Below are positions 24,777-36,538 of a stretch of DNA of 64,000 nucleotides, in pieces. The stretch is from Amoebophrya sp. A120 (taxonomy: Eukaryota; Protista; Dinoflagellata): NCBI GenBank assembly GCA_905178155.1, contig CAJINV010000001.1, forward strand, positions 8,755,642 to 8,819,641. The letters run 5' to 3'. The notes below the pieces were generated by a model. It ran no database searches. It was given only the letters and a program-made list of their open reading frames with translations, and was not told the origin of the DNA. The translations under genes and the position numbers were made by a program. How positions within the stretch are numbered: position 1 is the first letter of the stretch; each line of letters starts with the position of its first letter.

Positions 24777-26051
24777 ATGAAAGTGCTGTCTTCTTTGCGC
24801 GTACGCGTCTTTATGCACCAGCAATGGCGCCCAGCGCTGTCACGAACACGATCACGAATAGCCGAAACCGAAAAACAAGCACTAGCTGTGGTGGAGAGGA
24901 CGTCATCTAGCTTCCCCTTGTTGTCCACATTGAAATCGGAACTGAAAACACCTCTGGTCTTCTCGCAAAAAGTGCGGCACAGCAGCACGAGTCGGAACTT
25001 TTTATGGCAGCTACCTCCCGAAGAGCGTGCCGGGCATGTGAAATTATTGGTGTGCGACATGGCTGGCACCACCATCGATGAGGGCGGTCTGGTTTACACA
25101 ACGCTGCAGAAGGTAATGAACGACGCAGGTCTTGAGGTGTCAAACGAAGAAATGCTCCCGTGGCACGGGGCACAGAAGACCGAAGTCGTCGCCCATTTCG
25201 TGCAAGATCGCCTGCTGGTGGACCGCCGAACAGTGTCTTCCGCTACCAGAACAGGAGCGGAGATAAAGGGTGCTGCTGCTCCACTGAACAGAAAACTAAG
25301 CGGCAAGGACGGCAGCAGTGATTCTGGCTCGTACTACAGCTTCCGACCATGGTCGTCGAAATATCGAGAGCAGGACGGCACTAGTACGCCACCACCGGGA
25401 GCTACTACTAGTAAGAACGCCTCGTCCTCTCCGCCAGGAGGCCATCAGCACCTGGAGGCTTTGTTTTCCGACCCGAACCTCGGTGACAAGAAGAAGCTCG
25501 CTGCGTTTCTCGCCGACAAGATTGATCAGCAGTTCGAGACTGAGATTGCCGACGCCTACTTCCAACCCGATTCGCCTGTGCGGCTGATTGACGACAAGCT
25601 GTTGGATTCATTTGCGAATCTGCGGAGCGCCGGACTGAAAATCGCACTGAATACTGGGTACCCGGCGCAGATTCAACAGAAGCTGATCGAGAAGCTGCGC
25701 CTCGGGAATCACATCGACACAGCGGTGTGTGCGGGTGATGTGCCGAAGGGCCGGCCCTATCCCTACATGACACAGCTTGCGATGCAGCAGCTGGGGATTC
25801 TCGACGTGGCAACAGTAGCGAAGGCCGGCGATACAGCGCGTGATGTCGAGGAGGGGCTGAACTGTGGCTGCGGCCTGGCCATCGGCGTCCTGTCGGGAGC
25901 AGGGCAAGAGCCGGGGTTGCGAGCGGCGGGAGCTGATTTGGTGCTTGAAAACGTTTGCGAATTTGAAAAACTTGTTTCTCCGACTAAGAAAACCAAAGCG
26001 GGCTACTTAGTTTTCGAACGTAAATCGAAAAAAGATTCATGTCAAGTGTAG
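24777..26051 (+). CDS. Phosphonatase-like (PhnX-like) HAD hydrolase with a probable N-terminal targeting peptide
   Basis: HAD motif I LVCDMAGTTIDEGG, motif II LNTGY, GRPYPYM, motif IV KAGDT..DVEEGLNCGC. R/S/L-rich N-terminal extension; intronless. Confidence 0.85.
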   Translation: MKVLSSLRVRVFMHQQWRPALSRTRSRIAETEKQALAVVERTSSSFPLLSTLKSELKTPLVFSQKVRHSSTSRNFLWQLPPEERAGHVKLLVCDMAGTTIDEGGLVYTTLQKVMNDAGLEVSNEEMLPWHGAQKTEVVAHFVQDRLLVDRRTVSSATRTGAEIKGAAAPLNRKLSGKDGSSDSGSYYSFRPWSSKYREQDGTSTPPPGATTSKNASSSPPGGHQHLEALFSDPNLGDKKKLAAFLADKIDQQFETEIADAYFQPDSPVRLIDDKLLDSFANLRSAGLKIALNTGYPAQIQQKLIEKLRLGNHIDTAVCAGDVPKGRPYPYMTQLAMQQLGILDVATVAKAGDTARDVEEGLNCGCGLAIGVLSGAGQEPGLRAAGADLVLENVCEFEKLVSPTKKTKAGYLVFERKSKKDSCQV

Positions 26052-26329
26052 TGTATCACCATGCAATCCCAATCCAGTTTTTTTACTTTTTCAATATTGA
26101 GACGCGACCGGTTCATTGACTCACAGCCTAGTACGGTGAAAGAAGAGCAGGACATCGCCGAAATCGATTTGCTTCGTAGGCTAAGTGGTTGCAGCATCAG
26201 CAGCACGACCATAGATAAGTATTGCATATTGATATCATTTATGTTAGTGCATTCTCACTCGCTATAGTACTCTTTTGCCCTGGACCTTCGCGGTACCTGC
26301 ATGATTCATGTTGATGTTGTAAAAGATTC

Positions 26330-26450
26330 GCAGCCAGCTCCAGCACGCGCTGAGAAGAAAAGGACAGCTTTACTGCCGAAGTCCGTTGGAGTGGTTGAGA
26401 CCATACCGTGATACACGACCTGGACAGCTACAGTCTGTTTTTGCGAAAAT
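26330..26450 (+). pseudogene. Decayed copy of the 3' end of ORF 19339..20067
   Basis: cagcacgcgctgagaagaaaaggacagctttactgccgaagtccgttggagtggttgagac resembles cagcacgctccgggaagaaaagtacagccgtattggcgaagtccgtttgaatggctaagac at ~19972-20031. Confidence 0.65.
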
Positions 26451-26993
26451 TATGGCAGAAAGAACTACCTTCCTTGCGCAAAATCAATTTTTCAAAGCGC
26501 ATGACACCACATGCATCGGGGTTGAAATTTTCAGAGCCGTTGCTGCAGCTGCAACATTGGCATTATGAGTAATTTATAAATCAGCTGCCAACGAGAAGGG
26601 CATGGTTGCTCCATCAGTCAATGAGAAGGGCATGATACCACAAAGCGAACTACAGACTACAAAGTCTAAGTTTCTAGATACAACGTCGATCGACTGTAGT
26701 TGTTCTGATTCCACTTGTTCGATCAAGCTCAAGGAAATTACCAAGAAATGAAAAGGAAAAAACGGTTGGCAGATGAACAAGAAGATTGATCAAGATATCG
26801 CCATATAATAGATACAGGCGTATATGTAGTCGTTTACGTTTTCGTAACACTATGTACTTGTACAACTTTTTGTGATTTCAATTTCTACTTGTATTTAAGT
26901 ACTTACTCTACACTCACTTACGCTACATATTCGTGTCGTTTTTCAGTTTCTGTAACAACTCACGTAGTAGGGACAAGAAGCAAAACCCTCAAG

Positions 26994-28637
26994 ATGGACA
27001 CGAATGTTGAATTTTACGCAAATCGGAACTCCGATAATAGCGCGAGTTGGAATCCGAGTTCTGAAAGAATCGGCGAGGGGAAGTACAAATATGTGCAGAA
27101 GGGACATTACGATAATGGGAACGAGTGCGCTGTCAAATTTCTGAAATCCGGGACTACGTTCTCAAGCACGTGCTTCCTTGATGACGTGAAGAATGCGGAG
27201 GCGGCTCTCCCCTATATTTCGAAGTTTCACGATTATGTTCGACAAGCCTTTCCAAGTCACGCAGGACACATTGCGATAAAGCTGAATATGCCGGCGGTGT
27301 GGTCCCAGTCGACCGAAGGGACGAACTTCGGACAAAACTGCCTCGTGGAGCCGTTTGTTCCGAATTTCCAGAAATTTAACTCGAACTCGGGCGCTGCCGA
27401 CGCAACTGCGGCCGTTGCGCAAGCTCTGAGTCACTTCTCCTACCACGTGTCGGATGGCAGAGAACTCGTTTGCGACTTGCAGGGCGGTCGAGATGGAAGG
27501 AATTACGTTCTTTCCGATGTCGTTATCATGAGCGCCGACAAGAAGTACGGCAATACGGATCTCGGTCTGCCGGGAATCGAAAACTTCTGTGCGAATCACG
27601 TCTGCGGGCCGTTTTGCAGTTCTCACTGGAATATCAAATGCAAAAATGTCTGGGTCTGGAAGGTTGGAACTTGTGATGCTAACTTCGGACTCTAAGAAAC
27701 TCTGTATTGCATGACCAGCAAGAGACGTCTAGTTTGTGCTACGCGGGGAGGGCGTTTGTCATGCGGAGTAGGCATCAGGAAGCCCTCTAAAAAGCTGTGA
27801 CGCTAGGGCGTGCATTATAGACGTCCCGGGTCATGCAAAACATGCATCACAAGTCTCAGAATCTTCCAGACCCAGACACTTTTGCACTTGATATGGAAGA
27901 CCTGGAGTAACGCCAAGCGTCGGTACCAGCCGGTAATGTCGACCACCATCACGCTCGATGTCGCTAGCATCCCGACTCCGCTGTCCAATCGCGAATATCA
28001 GCGCGTTTTCGCCTCCGACATCATGTTTACGCAGAGCAGCATCAAGAATCAGGTATCAAGCTGCGATAAGGTCATGTATGAAAAGTGAATTAAACCCCCA
28101 AGTAACGCACGCAAATGAAACATTGAGCAGCGACTCATAATTGTGGCACATCTACATGCATTTGCATAACTCAAGTGCGTGGATGAAAATGTACTTATAT
28201 GAAAACCAAAGACCACCAAAAATCATTCTCAGTTTCAAGACGGGAAGACGCTGCTGCAGACCGCGAAAGAGCTGGCGCGTCAGGATATCAAAAAGTCTGA
28301 CATACCGATGATTACGGTTGTGCGGGTAAATGGGACAGTGCTTCGTTCCTTGGACAACCGGCGCCTCGCGGTTTTTCGACTTTTGGAGATGGCCAACAAA
28401 ATTCACAAAATTAAGGTGGAGGTGGTTCCATTGGAGCGCGTCCGAGAAGAGTTCAACAGGAAGTGGGACGGTGGAAGCGGCGACAGTATCCAAGTGCGCC
28501 AGGGCAACTATGTCATTGGGAGAACCGAACTGAGCACCAACTTTCCCGGCTTAGCGGAAATCAAAAACACGTACCCGAGCGAGCAACCAACGGACGCAGC
28601 CCTCACCATCTTCCTCGGGACTCTTACCGACGAGTAG
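26994..28637 (+). CDS. Alpha-kinase + ParB/Srx-like fusion, paralogue 3 (contains an introner)
   Basis: Same motifs; introner 27632-27893 and GT-AG intron 28053-28232. Spliced sequence reads FCSSHWKTWSNAKRRYQP. Confidence 0.88.
27632..27893 (+). mobile_element. Introner family A, copy 3, 262 bp, TSD TGGAA
   Basis: Family-A TIRs; TGGAA at 27627-27631 and 27894-27898. The site is empty (single TGGAA) in paralogues 1 and 2. Confidence 0.95.
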
Positions 28638-31461
28638 ATGCGACGGCAGTCGTGTTCTTCTACTTGTAATAAGTCTTTTTTTTTCCTTCATGAGGAAACT
28701 CATCCAAGACTGCACCTCTGTCCGTCAATGAACGCCGTCAGAAAAAGCGATCACTTTGGAGGAGCATTCCAACTACCTAAGTTCTATGAATTCTTCTTTT
28801 TTCAGAGTGGTGCTGTACAAGGGGAAGACGACCTCATTCATTTAGTCCTTAAACCATCGCTCGCAAGGGAAAGCGCAGCCTTTTCGTCGTCATCCCAAGC
28901 AACATTCCTCATTCGTGACTAAGAACGAGAACTGGAATAGATTGGTTCCGTTCAACTCTAACTCATTCCATTCTGAAGCGCATTGCAATGCTATCAAAGA
29001 CCGCTTTCCCTCTCCTCACATTCCACCATCGCAACGTTATTAACGTCTTTTCAACGATATTGACGCAGACAGACCGCCTTATGAACTTTTGTACGCGGTG
29101 TTGTTGATTTCGGGCCTCATCAAATGATTGACGGCTATTAAGCCAAACCGGTGCGAACAATAGAAAGTTTGTTCTGATGTCGGGGAGGAGCCAGTGTTGT
29201 GACGATTATGGCTCGAGCCGTCTGAAAAAGAGTCAGTGTAGAGACACTTGGTGGAAGTAGATACTGGGGATTAAGTATTGGAGAGGTGACGCAGTTAAAG
29301 TGTCCGCGATTGCAGCAGATGTCAGACTCTGACTCCACGCACGGCTGCTTAATTCGCCTTCAAGGCAACTCTCGGTACATTTGAGGGAAGTCGCTGAGTC
29401 ACAGTGAGTTACAGCCACGATGTCGATGTTTTTCTTCGCATTTTTCGTGTTTTTTTGGTCGTACCTCTAGTCGCCGCCGAGAAGGAGATAGAAGCCGACA
29501 CAAAATTAACATCATCGACTCGTTGGTGTTATTTTCGAAGGTGATATGTAGCGTTTCCCTTAGACTGGGTGTTTTCCGCTACTAGAATGAGCTTCCACTT
29601 TTACGCGATTGTAACTCAGTTTGAGCGTCGTGACGCATCTGGTGCGCAGGAGCAGCGCATGACACAAACTTCGAAAGCTGGCACCAGTACTAGCGGTGAC
29701 GAGAAGGAGGAGCACCCACGTCATGACCGACGCTACGACTTCAGCATAGTATCTGTGGTAGGTGAAAAGGCCCGGCTGTTCAAGCAGGCCTGCTACACCT
29801 CTCGGTTGCATCCCGTATGGATAATGAAAAATTTGTGTGACAAAGCAGCGGGTTTTGCCGTTAATATCGCAATCTTGGATAATAACTGCTAAACAACGTC
29901 AACAGGTCAGTGCGTGTCGTGCAACATGTGAAAAAGCTGAAGGTCTTTCCAGAGAAAATGCATATTTCGCTGCAGTAGTTGTGCACAATTTTTTGTCTCT
30001 GCATACGTGCCCCCATTGCTTTACAGCGTCGCTATACGCTGCATGTACCTCCTCCTGCTTTTTCTGCTACTACTCATGGTGTACTTTCCGGTCGTGTACA
30101 GTACGCCCGTAACACGACACTTACTGTGCAACATGCACTTTCCCATCGCGTTCGCGTGAGACGTTGACAACGCAGTGATGAATTTCCTGGATATAAATAA
30201 TCGTTAGAAAGATACCATCGGACGGCGCTCCTTGTACATGAGAAAGATTTACAAAAATGATACCAGAGAAGAGGTGGATAATGTAGAAGAAGCACCAAGA
30301 ACCGTCTTCCACTTGCTCTAGTACTTACTACAAATCGAAGTTTAAGGGACGCGATTGAAACTCATGCGTCAGCACTGACTTTTTGAAATCTAACAGAGTG
30401 AAGCGAGACCACGTGAGAATCTATTTACTGTAGTCTTTTGTTATTTTTGCAGCAGATGATGTGAAGAACCAGAACGGACTTCAACTTGGACTATCCGAGG
30501 ATGCAATAGAAATTGCAACGATTTACACACGTTTTCAAATGAAAACTGGACATCAGGAAACCCCACATTCTTGCCCCCAAGACATACACATTACGAAGCG
30601 TATTTTCCCTGAGAAAAGGATGATATTGATAACGATTCATACGTAAATGATTAAGTGTTTCGTCCCGCATACACGGTAACTGTAGTTTCTATTAAGCTCT
30701 GAAGCTAGAGGACCACACAATCAATTTGAATTTTTTCTTAGGCGTTTCCGTTCTGTAAATTCGAAGTTTTTCACAAGTGACCACTGGAGAAATCGTAGTT
30801 ACAAGAAAATCACATTTTTTTTGCCGCCAGTTAGAACCTTCACAACTGTCATATCAATCTGCAAGCAAGGTTCCCGTTCCGATTGAGCGTTCCTTCTTGC
30901 TCTGCGGCATACGGAATCGTAATTCAGAAATTCTCCACCTATTGAGAAGACAAGCCCGATACGAACGAAATCGAGTATGGTCATAGTAAAGTTTGGTCTT
31001 CGTCTCCGTTCACAAACGTGCCCCTCATGACTCTGTTGCTGTATGAAGAACCGGAGCTAAATTCGTACCTGTAGTGTCGCATATGATTTGTACAGCTTTT
31101 TTCCTCTCTAACTTGGCGAATGGAGCTGGCTTATAAAGGACACATTATTTTTTAGGCTCATACTAGAAGCCAGCTACGAGCATAAGGCGTGACCTTGCTA
31201 TTTCTAGACGGATTCTAAAAACATGTGAATAAATTTAGATCGATAATGCACAGAAGATAATACCTACACCTAGAAAGTCTAATCAAATCCGCACGCTCTA
31301 TGCGAAAGACACCAATTCCGAGCTATAACTCTCACTCTAGAATCGCGAGGACGACCGGCTGAATCGGAAATTGATACACGGAAGTTGTTTCCGCGCAAGG
31401 ATAACCAAACGTGGAGACAGCCCTGGTTTACGGAACAGCGCACACTACAGCAGCCGCAAAA

Positions 31462-32429
31462 ATGATGTGGTCGTCTCGGCGTCCACCGCCGCAGGGGCGT
31501 TTGCTCGAGGACGAGCGCGACGATTGTTCCGCAGCGGTTGACCCTCGTTTCGACCGGTGGCGGGAGAACCTGCAAATCAACTTCAGCAATGGAATTCCCG
31601 TCGCACCATCTTCGGCGAGTAACGGGATGAGGACGAACAGTGTGAGCACCACACTCGTGTCGACGACGAGTCTGAACGGAGGTATCGCATCTGGGGCCGA
31701 GCAGGATGCAGCTACCGGTAGTAATGGTGACAAGACGCGAAGTTTCGCGGCCCTACAGAAGTTCAAGAACAGTGGCAACGACCTGTCCGACATTCCGGAC
31801 GATTTTGTGCTGCCGACCGGCTCCGTGAAAAAGGGCCAGAAGTACTTCAAAAAGTACTGTCGCCAGTGCCACAGCATCTACAGCGATAACCGAGCGAGTC
31901 CATTCGTCCAACCGCTAGGCCCCACCATGTTCGAAGTGTGCGGACGGGTAAGTACTATTTTTAGTCAAAGAGTGATCGTGTTAATTATTAATGATTTTTG
32001 TCTCTGCTTCCGAGATTTGGATTTCTAATATGTTCTTTGAGGACCACACGACCCACGGCACTCAGATTGATCAGTGAAATTTCTCGATTCAGTGCTACTT
32101 CCGCAGCGCAACTTGCGCAAAGCAGTATGCTTCTGAATGTTTACTAACAAAAATCGTTTTCGACTCAGGCATCCGGAATGGAAGAAGGTGCAATCCGCGA
32201 GCTGAATGAGAATCGTCGTGCCTCGGATATTCTTTGGACGGACGCCGCCCTCATGAACTACATGAAGAATCCGCGTCTCACCGCCGGCGGGCCGACGCAA
32301 ATGTCCTTCCCCGGAATTCGAAACATCCAGATTCGGGCCGATATCGTTCACTACCTCCACACCCTGAACGCGGAACAGAGCCCCGAGTTGGTCAATTTCA
32401 ACTTCAACCAGGGAAGGCGGTTTCGATAA
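31462..32429 (+). CDS. Divergent class I cytochrome c (resembles apicomplexan cytochrome c-2) with a long N-terminal extension
   Basis: DFVLPTGSVKKGQKYFKKYCRQCH (CxxCH), GPTMFEVCGR|ASG, WTDAALMNYMKNP, MSFPGI, RADIVHYL; intron 31948-32168. Confidence 0.85.
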
Positions 32430-32625
32430 AAAAACGAGATACGAAGGTAGAAAATTTAGCATAGCACGGACGTGGACTCTGACGTTTCTAGTTTCGAGCA
32501 ACATGATCACCCCCGCGGTGGATGAAGAAAAGCAAAACACGATGAAATGGACATAATCTCCCGGCTCGTGCCTCCACAGCAGAAGGCGGGCATATCATGA
32601 AACTTCTTCTACCAGTGTCTGTAAA

Positions 32626-32991
32626 GGATTTCACTCGTGTACGTGTTCGTGGTTCGCTCGGCTGCATTTTTTGCAGGGCGTCGCGTCAAGTTGAATTTTC
32701 AGTTATCCTCTTCTTGCGTGCTTGAGTTTGTTCGTGTTTAATCGATCGTTGATCGTACTGCGAAAATTCTTCGTTTCTTTGTACAAAACTCCATCGTGCA
32801 AAACTATGCGTCTCATCGTCCTCCTTCGTTCTTTTTCATTAGAGGTAGTTTTCCGGTTCCCTCGTGCTTCATCGTTGTGTTTTCTTCTGAATCGTGGTCG
32901 TGTTTGTTGGCACGACAAATATTGGCTGGCATGACCTGTCTAAGTAGCTTGACGATTGTGGCGACAAGCAATTTTACATACACAACTTGCA
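32626..32991 (+). repeat. Diverged ~370-bp direct repeat, copy 1 (copy 2 at 36791-37176)
   Basis: Shared blocks gcgtctcatcgtcctcctt, ggttccctcgtgct, ttttcttctgaatcg, agtagcttgacgattg and ttttacatacacaacttgca. Confidence 0.85.
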
Positions 32992-33123
32992 TACCACAAG
33001 CAATTTTACATGCCAATTCCTTATGGTTATGATGGTTTGTCAGCGACCTCGTCTAAACCTCCAACGACAACAGGTCCTCGTGAAGATAAACAGGAGTTGC
33101 GTTATCTTATCCGTAGCGAATTC

Positions 33124-33155
33124 GGGTTTAGCTTTAGGGTTTAGCTTTAGGGTTT
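33124..33155 (+). repeat. Short degenerate interstitial telomere-like repeat (TTTAGGG/TTTAGC)
   Basis: gggtttagctttagggtttagctttagggttt. Confidence 0.5.
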
Positions 33156-33240
33156 GTCTAGGCTTTCGGGAAGCTTCAGCTTCGGCAAAAGTATTTTTGG
33201 GAATCCATCGCGATCTCCAAAGTCGAAATTTCTTGAAAAA

Positions 33241-35511
33241 ATGTCGCACGCCCACGGTGCGAGCGACGCGGATCCTTTCCGGACCATCTCGCTTTTCAAT
33301 CTCAGTGGGAAGAAAGTTGAGAAGCGTATTGACACGTCGTCTGGCAAAACGGAGAAAGTCAAAGACCTTGCCACTGTGGAAATACTCGGCGATTTTTTTC
33401 ATGAAGAAGAGGAAGATCCCCTTTTTCCACCATTGCATCGTGTCAGATGGATAAGCGTAGGACAAGACGATCCTGATCCATCTATTGGTGAGGAGCCACC
33501 CGCGGGTGAGGATGAGGGTGTTGCTTTTGAGTACGAGCGTGATGATGACGGGTTTTCGGATGAAAGCGCACTTCTTCCCGATACCGCTGCGGAGTCATCC
33601 AAAGGTGTTACTGGCGAGGACGAACACGAAGCTCGTTATGATGACGGGTTTTTGGATCACAACTTACTTGTGGCGGATTTGCCGCATGCGTTCCAATTTG
33701 TTATCGTGCCGGAGCCGAACCCGTTTTGTCCGCGCGAAGATGGGGAGACGCGAGAAGCTTGGACAAGACGTTTTGAAGAATGTTTGGCACGCGAAGACGA
33801 GTCGGTTTCGCTAGAGCAGGCCCGGAGCTTCATTTACGACTGCGACCACCTCAATTTTAGCAGAGACAGCTACCGCTTGGCACGTGAATTTTTTCCGGCT
33901 CCTGACCCTGGTTGTGTGTTTCCCTCGAACGAAGACGAAAGGGAGGCGTCAGACGCATGGCTTCGCATCCGGGATGAAAACTCTGCCGCGATCGATGTCG
34001 AAGAAGAAGAGGATGATGATGATGATTCTGACTCTGAAGCGGAGTCTGAGGAAAACATCCCAGACTCGTACTACTCACGCTCGTACGCAGCTTCAGACTC
34101 AGAGTCTCTCTCTAACTCTGAGGTCCAGAGTCCAACGAGCGACAGCAGCAGGGACGACAGATCCAGTGAGTCGGATGACGGTGGTGCTGACGACGGAAAC
34201 CGTTCGTCGTCCAGCCGGCTGCGCGATTCCACGGAGCGCGAACCGTCGTGCATGGTGCACGAGACGGAAAACGCGATGTCGACCAAGGATATTAGGTCGT
34301 TGAACGAAGAGAAGCCACAAATTCTTGGTGAGTTAGAAGAAAGCGAGGCTTGTTTTACTAGTGATGACGAGTCTTCGTCGTCCGGCTCTGACTCTGAGGC
34401 TTCCCCTCACTCGTTGCGAGAGCTAGTCGAGGAGCGAAATGGGATTGAGAAAGCAACACGCTACATACGCCAACCTCTAGTAGACTACCACCAATTAACG
34501 TTAACCGAGCCGCGCTTTCTTCTCAAGGCGTACCCGATTTTTCTGCAAGCAGTTTTCGAGTTGCCCCGTGCGGAGATGCGCAAGCACGCACGGACGTCGG
34601 ACGGGCGCTACTTCACGGAAATTCTGATGTTGAAATTTGCTCGGCGCGCTCGACGACGATTGTATTTTCCTGAACGACCGGAAGAGAAACGGGAGGAGGA
34701 GCCGGAGCGACTGACTCGCGCACCCTGGCTTGTGCGGCTCCTCGCACTCTCAAATCTCAACGGGCGCGAAACAGCAGAAGAACTTGTCGCTGTCCTTGTT
34801 TCGAGATGGTTCCTCGAAAATGCTTATCCTGATCGGTATGTTAGTCATGAAACTCCTCTCTACACGCTGCTCAACGACGAACATTTACGCACTTCCGGCT
34901 TGCTGGAAATGATTGCGCAGGATCTTTTGCGAACCCGTGAACAAGATGACGGCAAGCGCGCTCGTGATTTTTGCGCATCTTTGGCGGCGTCAATCTTTAG
35001 TGCCAAAGCTGTAAAAAAGCAGCTGAAGAAGGCGGTAATTGCCGACACAATGGACTTCGACGGAGTCTCTTCTTCTAATTTCAGTAAAGTACAGCAGTGG
35101 GCGAAAGGCGAAATCAAGATGTCCGGCAACTATGTGTTGAAGCGAATGATTGAAGAGCCTGCCGAGCACCTTCCACGAGTCGTCGACTGTCTGACCTTGA
35201 ATCTCGAGCTAATCCAGAACGCGTTGCGGAGCAACTTCTATTTCTATGACTTCTGGGCAAACGTGCGTGACCTGAACTACCTAAAAAGCCGCGCTGCTTA
35301 CCCGTCTGGTTTGCGAACTGTTCTGGTCAATGAATTCAACCTGCCGTCGTACTACGCGAAGAGACTGGCAAGGACTTTAGACTTAGGAAGTCCTCTTGCA
35401 GGTAGTGCGCTTCAGGATGTAGAAGATCTGTGGAACCGGCACTGGCGGTGGCGCTCCTTTGGAGAGCGGGAGAAAAAGGAAGCATATTGCGGTATATCCA
35501 TACGAATATAA
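33241..35511 (+). CDS. Intronless acidic orphan protein (~756 aa)
   Basis: Long ORF 33154..35511 with first ATG at 33241; D/E/S-rich tracts; no motif firmly recognised. Confidence 0.65.
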   Translation: MSHAHGASDADPFRTISLFNLSGKKVEKRIDTSSGKTEKVKDLATVEILGDFFHEEEEDPLFPPLHRVRWISVGQDDPDPSIGEEPPAGEDEGVAFEYERDDDGFSDESALLPDTAAESSKGVTGEDEHEARYDDGFLDHNLLVADLPHAFQFVIVPEPNPFCPREDGETREAWTRRFEECLAREDESVSLEQARSFIYDCDHLNFSRDSYRLAREFFPAPDPGCVFPSNEDEREASDAWLRIRDENSAAIDVEEEEDDDDDSDSEAESEENIPDSYYSRSYAASDSESLSNSEVQSPTSDSSRDDRSSESDDGGADDGNRSSSSRLRDSTEREPSCMVHETENAMSTKDIRSLNEEKPQILGELEESEACFTSDDESSSSGSDSEASPHSLRELVEERNGIEKATRYIRQPLVDYHQLTLTEPRFLLKAYPIFLQAVFELPRAEMRKHARTSDGRYFTEILMLKFARRARRRLYFPERPEEKREEEPERLTRAPWLVRLLALSNLNGRETAEELVAVLVSRWFLENAYPDRYVSHETPLYTLLNDEHLRTSGLLEMIAQDLLRTREQDDGKRARDFCASLAASIFSAKAVKKQLKKAVIADTMDFDGVSSSNFSKVQQWAKGEIKMSGNYVLKRMIEEPAEHLPRVVDCLTLNLELIQNALRSNFYFYDFWANVRDLNYLKSRAAYPSGLRTVLVNEFNLPSYYAKRLARTLDLGSPLAGSALQDVEDLWNRHWRWRSFGEREKKEAYCGISIRI

Positions 35512-35648
35512 AGGTACCGAATGCTCATGAGCTGTAGCCCACAGCCTTTTCATTTGGCTTTTTGAAGTTCAAACTTCGGTCAGAAGCTGTTGAGTCGTGG
35601 TGAGATCGGAATCGCTCGGCTTCGGGACAGACATGCACTACGTGATGG

Positions 35649-36538
35649 ATGCGCGCCCGTGCGCCTGCGTGCCGGCACTCGCGGCTGAACCGCCTTGCTA
35701 TATACGAGAAAATGAAGCGACTTATACTCGCATATTTGCGCATTGCCCGACCGCCCCCGGCGCGCAGCGAGAGTAACTACAAGAGTAATGCTCTGAAAGT
35801 AGATCTAGACTCTTTTATTTTGTTGACGCCAAATTCATTGAAATTACAGAAGGAGAAGCCGAATCGGAACCGGAAGCGACCGGAGGTCAACGCCGGTGGA
35901 GCGTCGACGTTGCGATCCAGCTTCTGAATGAGAAGGCAGATAGAGACGAACTTCGCTGGCAAAATGCAGATGGCGACGCATTGCGTCCGGTCACGTTTCT
36001 AATTCAAACAGAAGAACCGGAATGGGTACTGGAAGAAAATGCCAACCCTCTGCACAAGCGAGAGCCTGTCGCAAAGAAGTTCAAGACATTGAATGGAATC
36101 GCATCCCCCGGAATGCAAGCCGCACTACTGGACGACCGCGTCGACAAGCTCACTGAAACTCCGCCGCGATCGTCAAGCTCTTCTATTAATGCGATGACGT
36201 GCCGCGTTTCCCTGGAACGTTGGGAGGAATACTGCGCGGCAAGAAAGAGCCCGACCTTTCCAATTCAATTTGACGAGGTGCGTCGTTTTATCGGTCTTGC
36301 AGACGACACGAAAACCGCAGAGGAATGGATGGAATCCCTAAAACAGGCGTCCGCTGTGTTGCGTGCTCCCTTCCTTTCGGCTTCCGAAGAGATGAAAATT
36401 CGTGCAGTGATCGCAGGTATCGGAAAACGTGACCAGTTCCACCAGATACGCGACGACTCGTCTGAAAGCTACTCAGATTCTCGCGATGAGCTTGCGTCTG
36501 AAAGCCGCTCAGCCGATGGACCTGATCGCCGGTGGTGA
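35649..36538 (+). pseudogene. Coding-like segment with an apparent frameshift near 35815; possibly the broken 3' part of the upstream orphan gene
   Basis: ORF 35649..35927 and the frame of ORF 35981..36538 overlap and switch in the T-rich run tcttttattttgttg; no ATG start for the second frame. Confidence 0.4.

Noticed and set aside
28700-31300. Scattered short ORFs in a long intergenic region
   Set aside because: No motifs, consistent frame or splice model.
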